Origin: a virus | Lineage: Duplodnaviria > Caudoviricetes | Strand: one strand, 5' to 3' | Virus record (IMG/VR): IMGVR_UViG_2974649007_000001 | Location: 23,197 to 87,196 of that record | DNA: 64,000 nucleotides | Part shown: piece by piece, positions 8,251-17,832 of the stretch | Layout: each line of letters starts with the position of its first letter | Numbering within the stretch: the first letter of the stretch is position 1 | Position numbers and translations under genes: made by a program | The notes under the pieces: model-generated | The model's database searches: none | What the model saw: only the letters and a program-made list of their open reading frames with translations | What the model was told of the DNA's origin: nothing

Positions 8251-9738
8251 ATGAGCCTGATCACGAAGCTGACCAGCCTCGCTCAGGCCATCGCGGCTGA
8301 CATCAAGGCGCTGTACACGGGCAAGGCTGACGTTTCAGCGCTGTCCGAGTACCGGACTATCCTGGATACGCGGTTCACCAAGGTGACCACGCAGACAGCC
8401 TATGTGCCGGTGGTGGACAGCCTCGATTACGGCGTGCGCTTCGACTACACACTGTATCCTGACGGCCCTTCGGAGGCTGTGTCGCCGGCTATCCTGACCA
8501 CGTTCACAGCCAACGTGAGCAACGGCGCGCTGGTAGGCCAGGCACACGGCATCGGCCACCTGGACATGTACAACATCATCGGCGGTGGCGTCGTCAACTT
8601 GATCTTCGGCAAGGAGACGCGGATCGCGCTGCAGGGCGGAGCGCACCTCGAGGAGTTCCTGCTGCACAAGTGGGTGCTGGAGCCGAACGCCACCAACAAC
8701 GGCACCATTGGCACCATCACGCTGGACGGCCTGGACGACATGAGTTCCAGTGCGCCCTACGTCGCCAAGTTCCGCAAGCTCTACGCGGACCCGCGCTTTA
8801 TCGAATACAACGCGGGTGGCCACGTCATCTCCCCGGGCATCATCGACGGTAACGTCACGCTCGAGGATCGTCACAGCGGCAAGGTCGTCTACCTGAACAG
8901 CTTCAGTGACGTCACCGTGACTATCGGCACCGTGACCGACGGCTTCAGGGTGAAGATCGTGCAGGGCACCCTCGGCGGGCGGATCACCATCGCACCAGGA
9001 GCTCGCACCGCGCTGGCCGGAATCACGCGCATGCAGACGCAGGCAGCGTTCGACAACGTCGAGGTGTTGGCTGCGGGCGGGAGCTTCCTGATGATGGAGT
9101 GGCCACTGTCGGTCAAGCCAATCGTCAGCGTCGACACCACCACAGCGCGCACGCTGACGGCGAACGACGGCTACGTGCAGATGAACAACGCTGCAGCCTC
9201 CGTCGTGACCGTGCCGCCTCAATCGACGGCTGCCTGGCCAGACGACGCCGAGGTCCTTATCGAGCAGGCAGGCGCGGGCGCTGTGACCATCGCGGCAGGC
9301 GCGGGCGTGACAATCAACACGCCGACCACGCTGAAGGTGCCAGGCCGGTACGGCGCTGTGATGCTCAAGCGCACGGCCCTGAACACCTGGACGCTGCGAA
9401 ACGCCAAGGCAATGATCTTCGACGACCTGGTGGTTAACGGTGCAACCACAGGCACGCAGTCGCTGAACGTGGGTGCAGCGCAGGTCTTCAACCTGACCTT
9501 GTCGGGTAACACCACGATCAACTTCACGAACGTACCAGTGCCTGTTGGCCAGAGCTATAGCTGGTTGGTGCGGGTCACTCAAGGTGGCACAGCCCGCACG
9601 CTTACCATTAACGGCGTCACCTGGCTGACGTCGGGCGGCACCTACCCAGGCGCGCCTGCGGCCAACAAAATCATTGAGTACATCTTCAGCACCGAAAACG
9701 GCACCACGATCCTCGGCAGGAAGGGGGCGTTCACTTGA
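8251..9738 (+). CDS. Tail fibre / receptor-binding protein
   Basis: Thr/Gly/Ala-rich; N-terminal coil like the previous gene; two tandem beta modules and a terminal domain. Confidence 0.7.
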   Translation: MSLITKLTSLAQAIAADIKALYTGKADVSALSEYRTILDTRFTKVTTQTAYVPVVDSLDYGVRFDYTLYPDGPSEAVSPAILTTFTANVSNGALVGQAHGIGHLDMYNIIGGGVVNLIFGKETRIALQGGAHLEEFLLHKWVLEPNATNNGTIGTITLDGLDDMSSSAPYVAKFRKLYADPRFIEYNAGGHVISPGIIDGNVTLEDRHSGKVVYLNSFSDVTVTIGTVTDGFRVKIVQGTLGGRITIAPGARTALAGITRMQTQAAFDNVEVLAAGGSFLMMEWPLSVKPIVSVDTTTARTLTANDGYVQMNNAAASVVTVPPQSTAAWPDDAEVLIEQAGAGAVTIAAGAGVTINTPTTLKVPGRYGAVMLKRTALNTWTLRNAKAMIFDDLVVNGATTGTQSLNVGAAQVFNLTLSGNTTINFTNVPVPVGQSYSWLVRVTQGGTARTLTINGVTWLTSGGTYPGAPAANKIIEYIFSTENGTTILGRKGAFT

Positions 9739-10388
9739 ACCTGGCCATGCTGTGTATGACTATCCCTCCGGTGGTGACCGTAGCTCCACCGGCGATCGGC
9801 GCTGCCTACGAGGGTGGCTTCTACTATGGCCAGATCACCATCGACGGCGTGATCTACAACCTCGTGCTGTCGCCTCGAGCATCCGGTGAGGTGCCGGCCA
9901 GTGTGTACAAGAACGACGCCCTCGGCTTCTCGGGCAACACGTCTCTTAACGACGGTAAACTTATCCAGGAGAACATGGTTGCGGCTGGCATCTCCAACTT
10001 CCCGGCGCAAGAGGCTGTGATGGCGATGACGATTGGAGGGTTCAACGACTGGTACATCCCGTCGAAGCTCGAGCTTGAGATCGTCTACCGTAACCTGAAG
10101 CCTAACGCCACACGGAACGTGAACTCGTCTGGCGCCAACGCTTACGCTGTGCCTCCTACGTCGAACTATGTGGCAGGTAACCCGTCAAGGACGACGCTGT
10201 CGGACTTCAGGTCTACCGGCACCAACAACATGACGACTGACTATTACTACTCGGCTACCCAAGGCCCAAGCGGCGCGCTGTGGGTACATTCCAAACGGTT
10301 CACCACCGGCGCCGACGCACAAGACAAGGCTGAGTTCGACTACCCCGTCAGGGCGATCCGAAGGGTGTCCACGATTATTGCTACATAG
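9735..10388 (+). CDS. DUF1566/Lcl (C-type lectin-like) protein, copy 2
   Basis: GGFYYG, DWYIPSKLEL, YYSATQ, VRAIRR motifs; ATG at 9747 or 9756 is a likelier start. Confidence 0.75.
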   Translation: MNLAMLCMTIPPVVTVAPPAIGAAYEGGFYYGQITIDGVIYNLVLSPRASGEVPASVYKNDALGFSGNTSLNDGKLIQENMVAAGISNFPAQEAVMAMTIGGFNDWYIPSKLELEIVYRNLKPNATRNVNSSGANAYAVPPTSNYVAGNPSRTTLSDFRSTGTNNMTTDYYYSATQGPSGALWVHSKRFTTGADAQDKAEFDYPVRAIRRVSTIIAT

Positions 10389-10420
10389 GGGATTTGTTGC
10401 GGTACAAGAGGGAGTGGGGG

Positions 10421-10446
10421 AAGGGGCAGCGATCGCTGCCCCTTTT
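10421..10446. terminator. Perfect 24-bp palindrome between convergent operons; probable terminator
   Basis: AAGGGGCAGCGATCGCTGCCCCTT followed by TT. Confidence 0.6.
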
Positions 10447-10450
10447 GCTG

Positions 10451-10729
10451 TCAGCCGTGTGTCCAACGGAACCGGCCGAAAACATAGCTGCCGTCGAGCA
10501 GCTCGTACCGCATGGCGCGGGTCTTGTCAGAGATGTGCGCCGTGCGTTTTACCTGGACGACCTCGTCCTTGTTGCTGATGGCCGCGTCCGGCCACTCAGG
10601 GTGATGGATCGCAGTGCCCGTCGGCATCTGGATCATGATGTCGCTGCCCACCGGAGCCAGGCTGCCTGGATCGTTCCAGGCGGTGCTGTCGTCCGTGTAG
10701 TCAGCCGGGTTGTGGACGACCTGCTTCAT
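10451..10729 (-). CDS. Hypothetical protein
   Basis: Last coupled ORF of the - strand operon. Confidence 0.6.
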   Translation of the reverse strand: MKQVVHNPADYTDDSTAWNDPGSLAPVGSDIMIQMPTGTAIHHPEWPDAAISNKDEVVQVKRTAHISDKTRAMRYELLDGSYVFGRFRWTHG

Positions 10730-11250
10730 CCCCGTGGACCCATGGCAGCCGGCGGCACGGAGATCGAAGCGACTTGATGCAGCTCCAGTTGCTTGCGCGC
10801 CACCGTAAACTGGATGCCGCCGCGTTCGTCGAAGCCATACTCACCGCCGACCGAGCCCATGTGCTTCAGGGCACGAACGATGGAAGCCTCGGCACCTGGT
10901 GCGACGTGGACGAAGCCGGTGGGCCCGCCCTCTTCCCGCGAAGCATAGTCAGTGCCGGTGAACACCACTTCAGGGAAGTAGTCGTGCATGTCGAAGTCGC
11001 CTCCGGACGTGGCCAGGTCCGCGATCTCTTCCGCAATCAACGCTGCCACCAGGGACTTCACCATCAGCTTGCCCTTCTCGCTGCGCACGGTGCGCAGCGC
11101 CTGGTGGGCGGCGTCCAGGAAGTCACCCTCCTGGTCAGCCTTGATCAAGGACTCGAGCCCTTTCATGCGCTCGACCAGGCTGGTGAGGCGGCGTCGTTCT
11201 TCGTCAAGTTCAGGCAGTTTCATCGGCTTGCTCCTCGGTGGGTAGTTCAT
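10726..11250 (-). CDS. Hypothetical protein
   Basis: Coupled ORF with phage-like codon use. Confidence 0.6.
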   Translation of the reverse strand: MNYPPRSKPMKLPELDEERRRLTSLVERMKGLESLIKADQEGDFLDAAHQALRTVRSEKGKLMVKSLVAALIAEEIADLATSGGDFDMHDYFPEVVFTGTDYASREEGGPTGFVHVAPGAEASIVRALKHMGSVGGEYGFDERGGIQFTVARKQLELHQVASISVPPAAMGPRG

Positions 11251-11476
11251 CGTCGTTGTTGATCAGCACTTCAAAGTCCATGACGACACGGTCGCCCTGC
11301 TCCACGGTCAGTACGCCGCGGGGGCCAGGCATGTCGAACACCGTCTCCGCGCCTTCCTCGGTCAGCTTACCGCTGACCACGCGCTCATGCCCACCAGGGG
11401 AGGTGAACTTGACTTCGGCGCCTGAGATCAGGCCACCGACTTCGCTGAACAGCCTGGTGATTCGTATACGCCACAT
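11210..11476 (-). CDS. Hypothetical protein
   Basis: ATG at 11476 with GAGGA RBS. Confidence 0.55.
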   Translation of the reverse strand: MWRIRITRLFSEVGGLISGAEVKFTSPGGHERVVSGKLTEEGAETVFDMPGPRGVLTVEQGDRVVMDFEVLINNDDELPTEEQADETA

Positions 11477-11478
11477 GC

Positions 11479-11721
11479 TCAGTCCTCGCATTTTACGTGG
11501 TAGATGGTTTCGTTGCGGTCGCGGTAGGCCTTAGCCTGTGCTGAGAGCTCAGCCTGGATCTCGCTGCGCGTCTTCACCGAGCCGTCGGCGTTGGTGTTGA
11601 AGGGGTTAAGCGTCTGCATGAACTCCTTCGTCCGGGTGCATTTTTTGCCGCACTTTCCGCACGGCGCCGTGGTTTTGTTGGTCAGCTTGACCACTTCAAA
11701 GGTGCATCGGGTGGTACGCAT
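11479..11721 (-). CDS. Small Zn-finger-like protein
   Basis: CGKC..C and H-x2-C pattern; abuts the SbcC stop. Confidence 0.55.
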   Translation of the reverse strand: MRTTRCTFEVVKLTNKTTAPCGKCGKKCTRTKEFMQTLNPFNTNADGSVKTRSEIQAELSAQAKAYRDRNETIYHVKCED

Positions 11722-11722
11722 G

Positions 11723-14008
11723 TTAAACCCCCACGTTGATGATGTTTTCGGCCAACGCCTGGTCGGTTTCGCGGTGAGTGATCAGCAGCACCTGCTTGGC
11801 GCTGCCAGCAATCATCGCAGCCAACGACGCGGCGTTGTGTTCACGGCACGATTCAGTCGGCTCGTCGAAGCTGAGCAGGCTGTCCTTGCCGTACAGGGCA
11901 CGGGCCAGGCCCACACGCAGCGACACACCGATCATGGCCTTCTGGGCGCCGGAAGCGGACGCTGTAGGTGCCAACGTGCCGTCTTCCACGTAGAAGAACT
12001 CACCTTCATCGTTGCTGATGGCGGTGATGGTGTCCTTCGACGCTGTGCGAACCAGCTTGCTCGAGACGCCCATGATGGTGTCCCACACTTCCTTCAGGTA
12101 AGCCTGGCGGCGATCGCGCAGGAACTGAACCAGGCGGCTGTACTTTTTGGCCGTGGTCAGGAACTCCAGCGCCTTCACAGCCGCTTCCTTGTGCTGCTGG
12201 CACTTGCCTTCAGCGTTGGCCAGGGCCTGCTCGGCAAACTTCAGCGCCGACTTGGCTTCGGTGACCGCGAAGGTCAGCCGCTGCTTCTCGCTGTTGAAGT
12301 TGGTCTGGGCCAGTTGGAAGTCGGCCTCGGCCTTGACGGCTGCAGCCAGCTCTTCATCAGTCGGTGGCTCAGGCAGGGCCTCCAGGTCAGCGTTGAACCG
12401 CTCCAGGTCCTGCTGGGCCATCAGCAGCTCCTCTTCAGCGGTGTTCAGCGCGCGGCGATCGGCAGCCAGCTGCTCGTTGGCTGCGTTGACACCCTTGATC
12501 TTGGCCTGCAGCTCGGCGTATGCCTCACGGCTGGCTGTCAGCTTCTCAGTGGCCTCGTCCAGCTCGGACTGGATCACAGCCGCACCGCGCAGGGCAGCCA
12601 GGGCAGCGGTGTTCTCCTTGAGGCCCTCAGCTGCACTGTCAACGGCTGCGGCAGCCTTGTTGTAGGCAGCCAGTTTGTCCTGCAGCGCAGTGCGGCGGGT
12701 CTTGCTGGCGTTGATTTTCTCCTGCAGCTCCACCACTGATGCCTTGCGATTTTCCCTGTAGACGCGAGCCTCTTCAGCCTCGGCAGCCAGCTTGACCGGA
12801 TCGTGGTCTTCCTTGGCGCGATTGCAGGTTGGGCACACGGCACCATCGGACAGCATGACCAGGTTGTCGTAAGCCGCCTTGGCCTTGCCGACTTCTTCCT
12901 GGCGCGCTGCCAGGTCGGTTTCGGCGGCTGGGATGGCCTTGTCGAGCAGTGTGATCTCGGCCTGCAGCTCGTCTTCATCGAACTCGGCCCAGTTAGCCAC
13001 GAACTCGACCTGGCGGGTGTTCAGCGTCAGATCCGACTCGTCGGTGTCCTGCTGCACAGCCTTGCGGTGGTCGGCTTCTTGCTGCAGCTGCTTCTCAACC
13101 GTTGCCAGGCTGATGCCCATGGCCTTGGCTTCGTCCAGCTCTTCACGCAGGGCGTCGGCGTCCTGCTCCTTCTTGCCTTCCACTCGAGCAGCCGCTTCAG
13201 CCACTCGCTTGGTGCCGTTGGCGACCTGCACCTCGGCCACTTCGATCTTGTTGGACAGGGTGTCGACGTCGCGGATCGCTTGGCGCATTGCGTCGGTCGA
13301 AGGCGGCTTCTCCAGGGTGAATTCGCCGTGGCCGTTCAGATCTACCTCCGCGGCCTCGACGTTGAAGCTGGCCAACTGGCGCGCTTCGCTGGCTGCCTGC
13401 TGCTCGGCACCGGCCTGGGCGATGTACTCCTCGCTCACGGTGTTGGCATCGGCGTAGCTGGTGTTCTGCACAGCCATGCGCTGCGCCTCGGCCTGCACCT
13501 TGTCGATCAGGTCGACACCGGCGAACTCTTCGACCTTGCGGTTCAGCGCTGCGGCGCCGAAGTCCAGGATGCCGGCCGACGAACCTTGCTTCGACTGCAC
13601 GAACAGGTTCCAGTCCTTGGCGCTCAGGCCAAGCAGCTGCTCAACCATGGCGGTGACCGGGGTGCTGCCGTTGGCAACGATCTCCGGCTCCTTGATCTCG
13701 CCGACCTGAACGAGCCAGTTGCGGATCAGCTTGGCGGTGGTGCCGGTGCGGGTCAGCTCGTAGAACTCGTTGCCCGGTGCCAACTTGAAGCGCAGCACCA
13801 GGCTGAACTTGGTCTGGCCCCAGGTGGGGATGTTTTCTTTCTTGCCAGGCACGACGGTGACGCCGAACAGCGCGGCTTCAATGGCCTGCAGCGTGGTCGA
13901 CTTGCCCTGTGCGTTGTCACCGGCGATGACGTTCAGGCCTTTGGTGAATTCACAGCTGAAGTTGCCCAACTTCTTGAAGTTGGTGGTAACGAGAGAGAGC
14001 AGTTCCAT
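11723..14008 (-). CDS. sbcC: SbcC/Rad50-like SMC ATPase
   Basis: Walker A GDNAQGKST, coiled coils, zinc hook CPTC, signature ASGAQ, Walker B FDEP, H-loop ITH. Confidence 0.9.
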   Translation of the reverse strand: MELLSLVTTNFKKLGNFSCEFTKGLNVIAGDNAQGKSTTLQAIEAALFGVTVVPGKKENIPTWGQTKFSLVLRFKLAPGNEFYELTRTGTTAKLIRNWLVQVGEIKEPEIVANGSTPVTAMVEQLLGLSAKDWNLFVQSKQGSSAGILDFGAAALNRKVEEFAGVDLIDKVQAEAQRMAVQNTSYADANTVSEEYIAQAGAEQQAASEARQLASFNVEAAEVDLNGHGEFTLEKPPSTDAMRQAIRDVDTLSNKIEVAEVQVANGTKRVAEAAARVEGKKEQDADALREELDEAKAMGISLATVEKQLQQEADHRKAVQQDTDESDLTLNTRQVEFVANWAEFDEDELQAEITLLDKAIPAAETDLAARQEEVGKAKAAYDNLVMLSDGAVCPTCNRAKEDHDPVKLAAEAEEARVYRENRKASVVELQEKINASKTRRTALQDKLAAYNKAAAAVDSAAEGLKENTAALAALRGAAVIQSELDEATEKLTASREAYAELQAKIKGVNAANEQLAADRRALNTAEEELLMAQQDLERFNADLEALPEPPTDEELAAAVKAEADFQLAQTNFNSEKQRLTFAVTEAKSALKFAEQALANAEGKCQQHKEAAVKALEFLTTAKKYSRLVQFLRDRRQAYLKEVWDTIMGVSSKLVRTASKDTITAISNDEGEFFYVEDGTLAPTASASGAQKAMIGVSLRVGLARALYGKDSLLSFDEPTESCREHNAASLAAMIAGSAKQVLLITHRETDQALAENIINVGV

Positions 14009-14043
14009 GGAAACTCCTAGAGAAACGTCGCTAAACAGCGAGG

Positions 14044-14433
14044 TTACATTGATTTGATGGCTAAGGAAACCGCCAGCGATAACCTGCTGGCGTTGAGGTT
14101 TACTTCACGAGGCATGCAGAACTCGTGGTACAGCCACTCGATGTGGCGATCCACCTGCGCAGGGCTGGCAGCTGTGTTGACCATGTAGTACCGACGCTGC
14201 GACTCAGCCTTGGCCCTGGCCACCTCCGGGTCGGGGTAGAACAGGTTCGTCGGGCGCAACTGGTACAGCATCGCCGCCATCTTTTCTTCGGTGTAGCCGG
14301 GACGCGCAAAGGCGTCCCTGATGCGATCCATCCGGGTTGGGTTGCTCAAATTCAGCAACCGTTCGGGGAACGGTGTCAGTCGCTCCCCACACCACTCGGT
14401 CAGCCCGATGCCGGTGGTCTTGTGGATGATCAC
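14044..14433 (-). CDS. Hypothetical protein
   Basis: Coupled ORF between the MazG-like gene and SbcC. Confidence 0.55.
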   Translation of the reverse strand: MIIHKTTGIGLTEWCGERLTPFPERLLNLSNPTRMDRIRDAFARPGYTEEKMAAMLYQLRPTNLFYPDPEVARAKAESQRRYYMVNTAASPAQVDRHIEWLYHEFCMPREVNLNASRLSLAVSLAIKSM

Positions 14434-15002
14434 AGCGACTCCACGACGTCGAGGTACTCCTTGAAGTCTTCGCCCTGGTGGTGGCAGTAGGCGAGCTTCT
14501 TGCGCAGGGCCTTGTCGATCGCACCGTCCATGTACTGCTCGTCGGCCAGCAGCGGCAGATCCAGGTGCAGCATGCCGATGGCTGCGCCGACGTCGGTCAG
14601 TTCACGTAGCAACGCTTCGCCGTTGGTCTCTTGGCTGGCGCCGAACGGGCTGCAGCTCTCCACGCCATGGCGCAGGATCTTGCCGATGACTTGCACCACC
14701 TCGCCGCACTCTTCCATCAGGATGACCAGGCGCTCATGCTGCGCTGGTGTCAGCTGGTTGAACTGCGCGTCAGCCAGCTCACCGATCCACGGTGCCGGCT
14801 CAACAGCCTGTGGACGCAGGAACAGCTCAGCCTTGCCAGCTGCGCGCTCGAGGCGCTCAATGTCGCCCTCGCAGAGCAGGCCCTTGGTGGTCAGCGTGTC
14901 GACCTCGCTGACCAGCTCCTCAAGGATGCCTGCCACCTCGTTGGTGGAGCCAGGGATGCCCTGCTGGATGTTGCAGTAGCCGTTGAATCGGAAGTTGTTC
15001 AT
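14430..15002 (-). CDS. MazG-like NTP pyrophosphohydrolase domain protein
   Basis: LMEECGEVVQVIGKILRHG...RELTDV (ExxE..ExxD). Confidence 0.7.
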   Translation of the reverse strand: MNNFRFNGYCNIQQGIPGSTNEVAGILEELVSEVDTLTTKGLLCEGDIERLERAAGKAELFLRPQAVEPAPWIGELADAQFNQLTPAQHERLVILMEECGEVVQVIGKILRHGVESCSPFGASQETNGEALLRELTDVGAAIGMLHLDLPLLADEQYMDGAIDKALRKKLAYCHHQGEDFKEYLDVVESL

Positions 15003-16072
15003 GCCGTCACCTTCTTCACCAGGTCGTTGAACAGCGGCAGCAGGTCGGTGCCTGCCAGGTCTTTGGAGATCCGCGTCTGCAGATCCTCGACGATCACCTC
15101 GTTGAACTCAGTGTCGACGTCTTGCAGGCTGTCCTTGATGTCGACCTTGTTGCGCACGGCGAACATCTCCGTGACGTAGCCAGGCTCGCCTTCAGGTTGG
15201 TAGTAGGACGCCTTCCAGACCTCGCGGATGAACTCGCTGACCTCGACCGCGTTGGCCACGCTGTCGGTGCCGGTGACGTCCACGAACTGCACGCCTTCAA
15301 GGTCGGGGATCTCGCCGCCGATCTTGATCTCACGGTAGTGAGTGGCTGCGGCCCACACCAGCTCCTTGGTCAGCGTTGCCGTCTCCAGCTCGAGGTGGTA
15401 GATGTACTTGTCGCCTATGTCGTGGAAGCTGGTTGGGTGAGTGTTGCCCAGGACAACCACCTGGCCACCCAGATCGACCGAACCGTTGTGCTCGTGGCCG
15501 ATGAAGATGAAGTCGAACGCTGCGATCAACTCCTTTGCCAGCTCGCGGCGCAGGTTCAGCGTGTTGTCTTCGGTGGCCAGGTTGAAGTCGTAGTTGCAGT
15601 GCAGGAACAGGTAACTGGCCAGGCCGTCACGGTTGGCTGCAGCGTGCTCTGCGGCGTTGCGCATGGCCTGCTCGAAGACTTCCTGGCTGGCGTGGTGCGG
15701 CACCATGTACAGCGACTCACGGGCCTCGAAGTAGGGGTTGGTGAGGTCAGGCGTGGCGATGATGTCCAGGCCCTGCTGCTTGAGCAGGCGCAGCGTGGAC
15801 AGCGTGCCTTCGCGGTTGGTCTCGTCGTGGTTGCCGGCCAGGACCCACTCGCATTCTTTGGCCACGTCGTGTGCCTGGCCGATGATTACTTCGTTGTTTG
15901 TCGACTTATCCAGCAGGTCACCGACGCAGACCTTGGGGTAATCACGGTTGTTGACGATGGACATGGCCTGCCAGTACAGGGACATCTGCAGGGCGGCTGA
16001 CGACTCGCGGGTGGTGTGCGCTTGGCGCGCTGTACCGAGGTGCGGGTCTGTAAAGATCGTGATGTTCTTCAT
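14999..16072 (-). CDS. sbcD: SbcD/Mre11-like metallophosphoesterase nuclease
   Basis: DPHLG, GDLLD, GNHD, FLH, GHEH motifs. Confidence 0.9.
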   Translation of the reverse strand: MKNITIFTDPHLGTARQAHTTRESSAALQMSLYWQAMSIVNNRDYPKVCVGDLLDKSTNNEVIIGQAHDVAKECEWVLAGNHDETNREGTLSTLRLLKQQGLDIIATPDLTNPYFEARESLYMVPHHASQEVFEQAMRNAAEHAAANRDGLASYLFLHCNYDFNLATEDNTLNLRRELAKELIAAFDFIFIGHEHNGSVDLGGQVVVLGNTHPTSFHDIGDKYIYHLELETATLTKELVWAAATHYREIKIGGEIPDLEGVQFVDVTGTDSVANAVEVSEFIREVWKASYYQPEGEPGYVTEMFAVRNKVDIKDSLQDVDTEFNEVIVEDLQTRISKDLAGTDLLPLFNDLVKKVTA

Positions 16073-16122
16073 GGGTAGTCCTTATGGGAACCCGGACTGC
16101 GATCGCAGCCCGGTGACGCGGT

Positions 16123-17277
16123 TTAGAGAGGGTTGTACCAGCACTTGGCGGTGGCGATGTTCGGGATGCCGTCCGGCGTGAAGCCGAAGTGGGCGATGGT
16201 CAGCATGCGGCCCATGTTCTCGCCGCGCACCAGGGCTTCCCACTCGGCGTGCTTCTCCGGCACCGTACCGTGCGCTGTAGCCTTGGCCGTCTTGATGCCA
16301 GTCGGGGTTTCGACTTCGTAGATGAACTTGGGAATCTGGTAGACGACACCCTTGACGGTGGCTTCCTTGGCCAGTTCCCAGCCTACAACTTTCACCTCGA
16401 AGTCACTGAAATCCTTCAGCTTTACCAGTTTTTTCGTGCGCTTGCCGTCTTCGTAGCCTTCGCGGCCCCAGCGCAGGATGCTGCCCTCGTAGCCTTCCTT
16501 CACCCACTTGCGGTGCCAGACCATGGCCTCGGCCAGGTTGCGCACCTTGTGGGTTTCCACGAGCTGCAGCCGAACGTCCAGGCCGGACAGCCAGGAGGCT
16601 GCAAAGGCGTCTGCGACCCGCGCATAGCGGTCTTCAAACGGCTGGTCGCTAACGCAGTCATAGACCACGTAGGTCAGAGCCTTGGATTCTTCGCGGGGCT
16701 TGGTGATCAGGCTGCCGATCGCCTGCAGCGTCATGCCGTGGATGTACAGCTCACCGTCCAGGTGCAGGGCATCCAGTGACGGGTTCGCTTTGATGATGTC
16801 CTGGATGTGCTGTACGTTGTGCCCCACACCGCCGCGGCTGTAGATGAAGTCGTCGCTCAGGCAGCGGTGACCGTCGAACTTGCGCTGCACGAAGGCGTTG
16901 TCCCAGTCGATCTCGTCGATGTCGACCTTCTTCAGCGGCTCAGCCAGCATCGGCAGCTTCTTGCCCAGGCCGTTGGTCTTCGGCGCGTCTGCTTCTTCGA
17001 TGGTGGCGACGTAGCCGAGGCGCAGCTGCTTGTCTACGCGGGAGTTCAGCTCGCTGACAGCTTGATCGTAGGCTGTGGTTTCGTTGGCACGACCAAGGTT
17101 CTTTCCCTTCACAGCCGAGAACTTCTCGACCACGGCGCCGTCCATGGTCTTGGCGAAGCGGAGCACCAGGCGGGCGGTGTCATCCGGCAGACCTTCAGCG
17201 GTGATTTCCCACCAGCCTACCGTCTTGCCGTGGTTCTTGAACAAACGCTTCTTTGAGAGCAGTACGTTATCAGTCAT
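16123..17277 (-). CDS. lig: ATP-dependent DNA ligase
   Basis: KFDGHRC (KxDG), LDGELY, VYD, EGSILR, KLK motifs. Confidence 0.9.
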   Translation of the reverse strand: MTDNVLLSKKRLFKNHGKTVGWWEITAEGLPDDTARLVLRFAKTMDGAVVEKFSAVKGKNLGRANETTAYDQAVSELNSRVDKQLRLGYVATIEEADAPKTNGLGKKLPMLAEPLKKVDIDEIDWDNAFVQRKFDGHRCLSDDFIYSRGGVGHNVQHIQDIIKANPSLDALHLDGELYIHGMTLQAIGSLITKPREESKALTYVVYDCVSDQPFEDRYARVADAFAASWLSGLDVRLQLVETHKVRNLAEAMVWHRKWVKEGYEGSILRWGREGYEDGKRTKKLVKLKDFSDFEVKVVGWELAKEATVKGVVYQIPKFIYEVETPTGIKTAKATAHGTVPEKHAEWEALVRGENMGRMLTIAHFGFTPDGIPNIATAKCWYNPL

Positions 17278-17310
17278 TTTCCGCAGTCCTTAAATTAGAA
17301 ACCCCGCTAC

Positions 17311-17832
17311 TTAGCGGGATTTGTTAAGCGTATCAGCATATGGAGGGATCTGGAAGTAGTCGATCAGGAGGTCAGCCACGCGCTGCTTTTGCAGCTTGTT
17401 GATCACCCCCACGCCTGTCCAGGTTGCGAGGAGAAACTTCTTGTCGATCCGGCTTGTGTCGTGAACAGCCATCCCGTCCCACAGTTGCATCACCCCGTCC
17501 TGTGAATCCCAGAACAGGATGTAGTAGGGGATGCCCAGCATAGCGCGGAACCTGCCGATGGCTCCGCGCTGCGCCGGCCTTACAGCGTCCTTGGGCATTG
17601 AGTGGTACTTCTCGCTGGCCTTGACCTCGAGGAAGCACAACCGCTGCCCATCCTGCAGGTTACCGCTGCCCGAAGGCAGCCCAAGCAGGTAGTCACTCGG
17701 CTGATCAGCGACCACTGAGCCTGCGGCGGCGGTGTCCGTGAGGCGATGGAAGCTCACCAGGCGCTGCTCAAACAGCATCCTGAAGACCAAGACCATCTCC
17801 TTCTCGAACACGCCGCCGATGCTCGCAGCCAT
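17311..17832 (-). CDS. PD-(D/E)xK nuclease, RecU/Holliday junction resolvase-like
   Basis: QPSDY...FLEVKAS. Confidence 0.65.
   Translation of the reverse strand: MAASIGGVFEKEMVLVFRMLFEQRLVSFHRLTDTAAAGSVVADQPSDYLLGLPSGSGNLQDGQRLCFLEVKASEKYHSMPKDAVRPAQRGAIGRFRAMLGIPYYILFWDSQDGVMQLWDGMAVHDTSRIDKKFLLATWTGVGVINKLQKQRVADLLIDYFQIPPYADTLNKSR

Noticed and set aside
4725-10388. Diversity-generating retroelement suggested by two DUF1566 (CLec) genes
   Set aside because: No reverse transcriptase or Avd in the window. The two 3' ends differ at many synonymous and non-adenine positions, so they are not a TR/VR pair.
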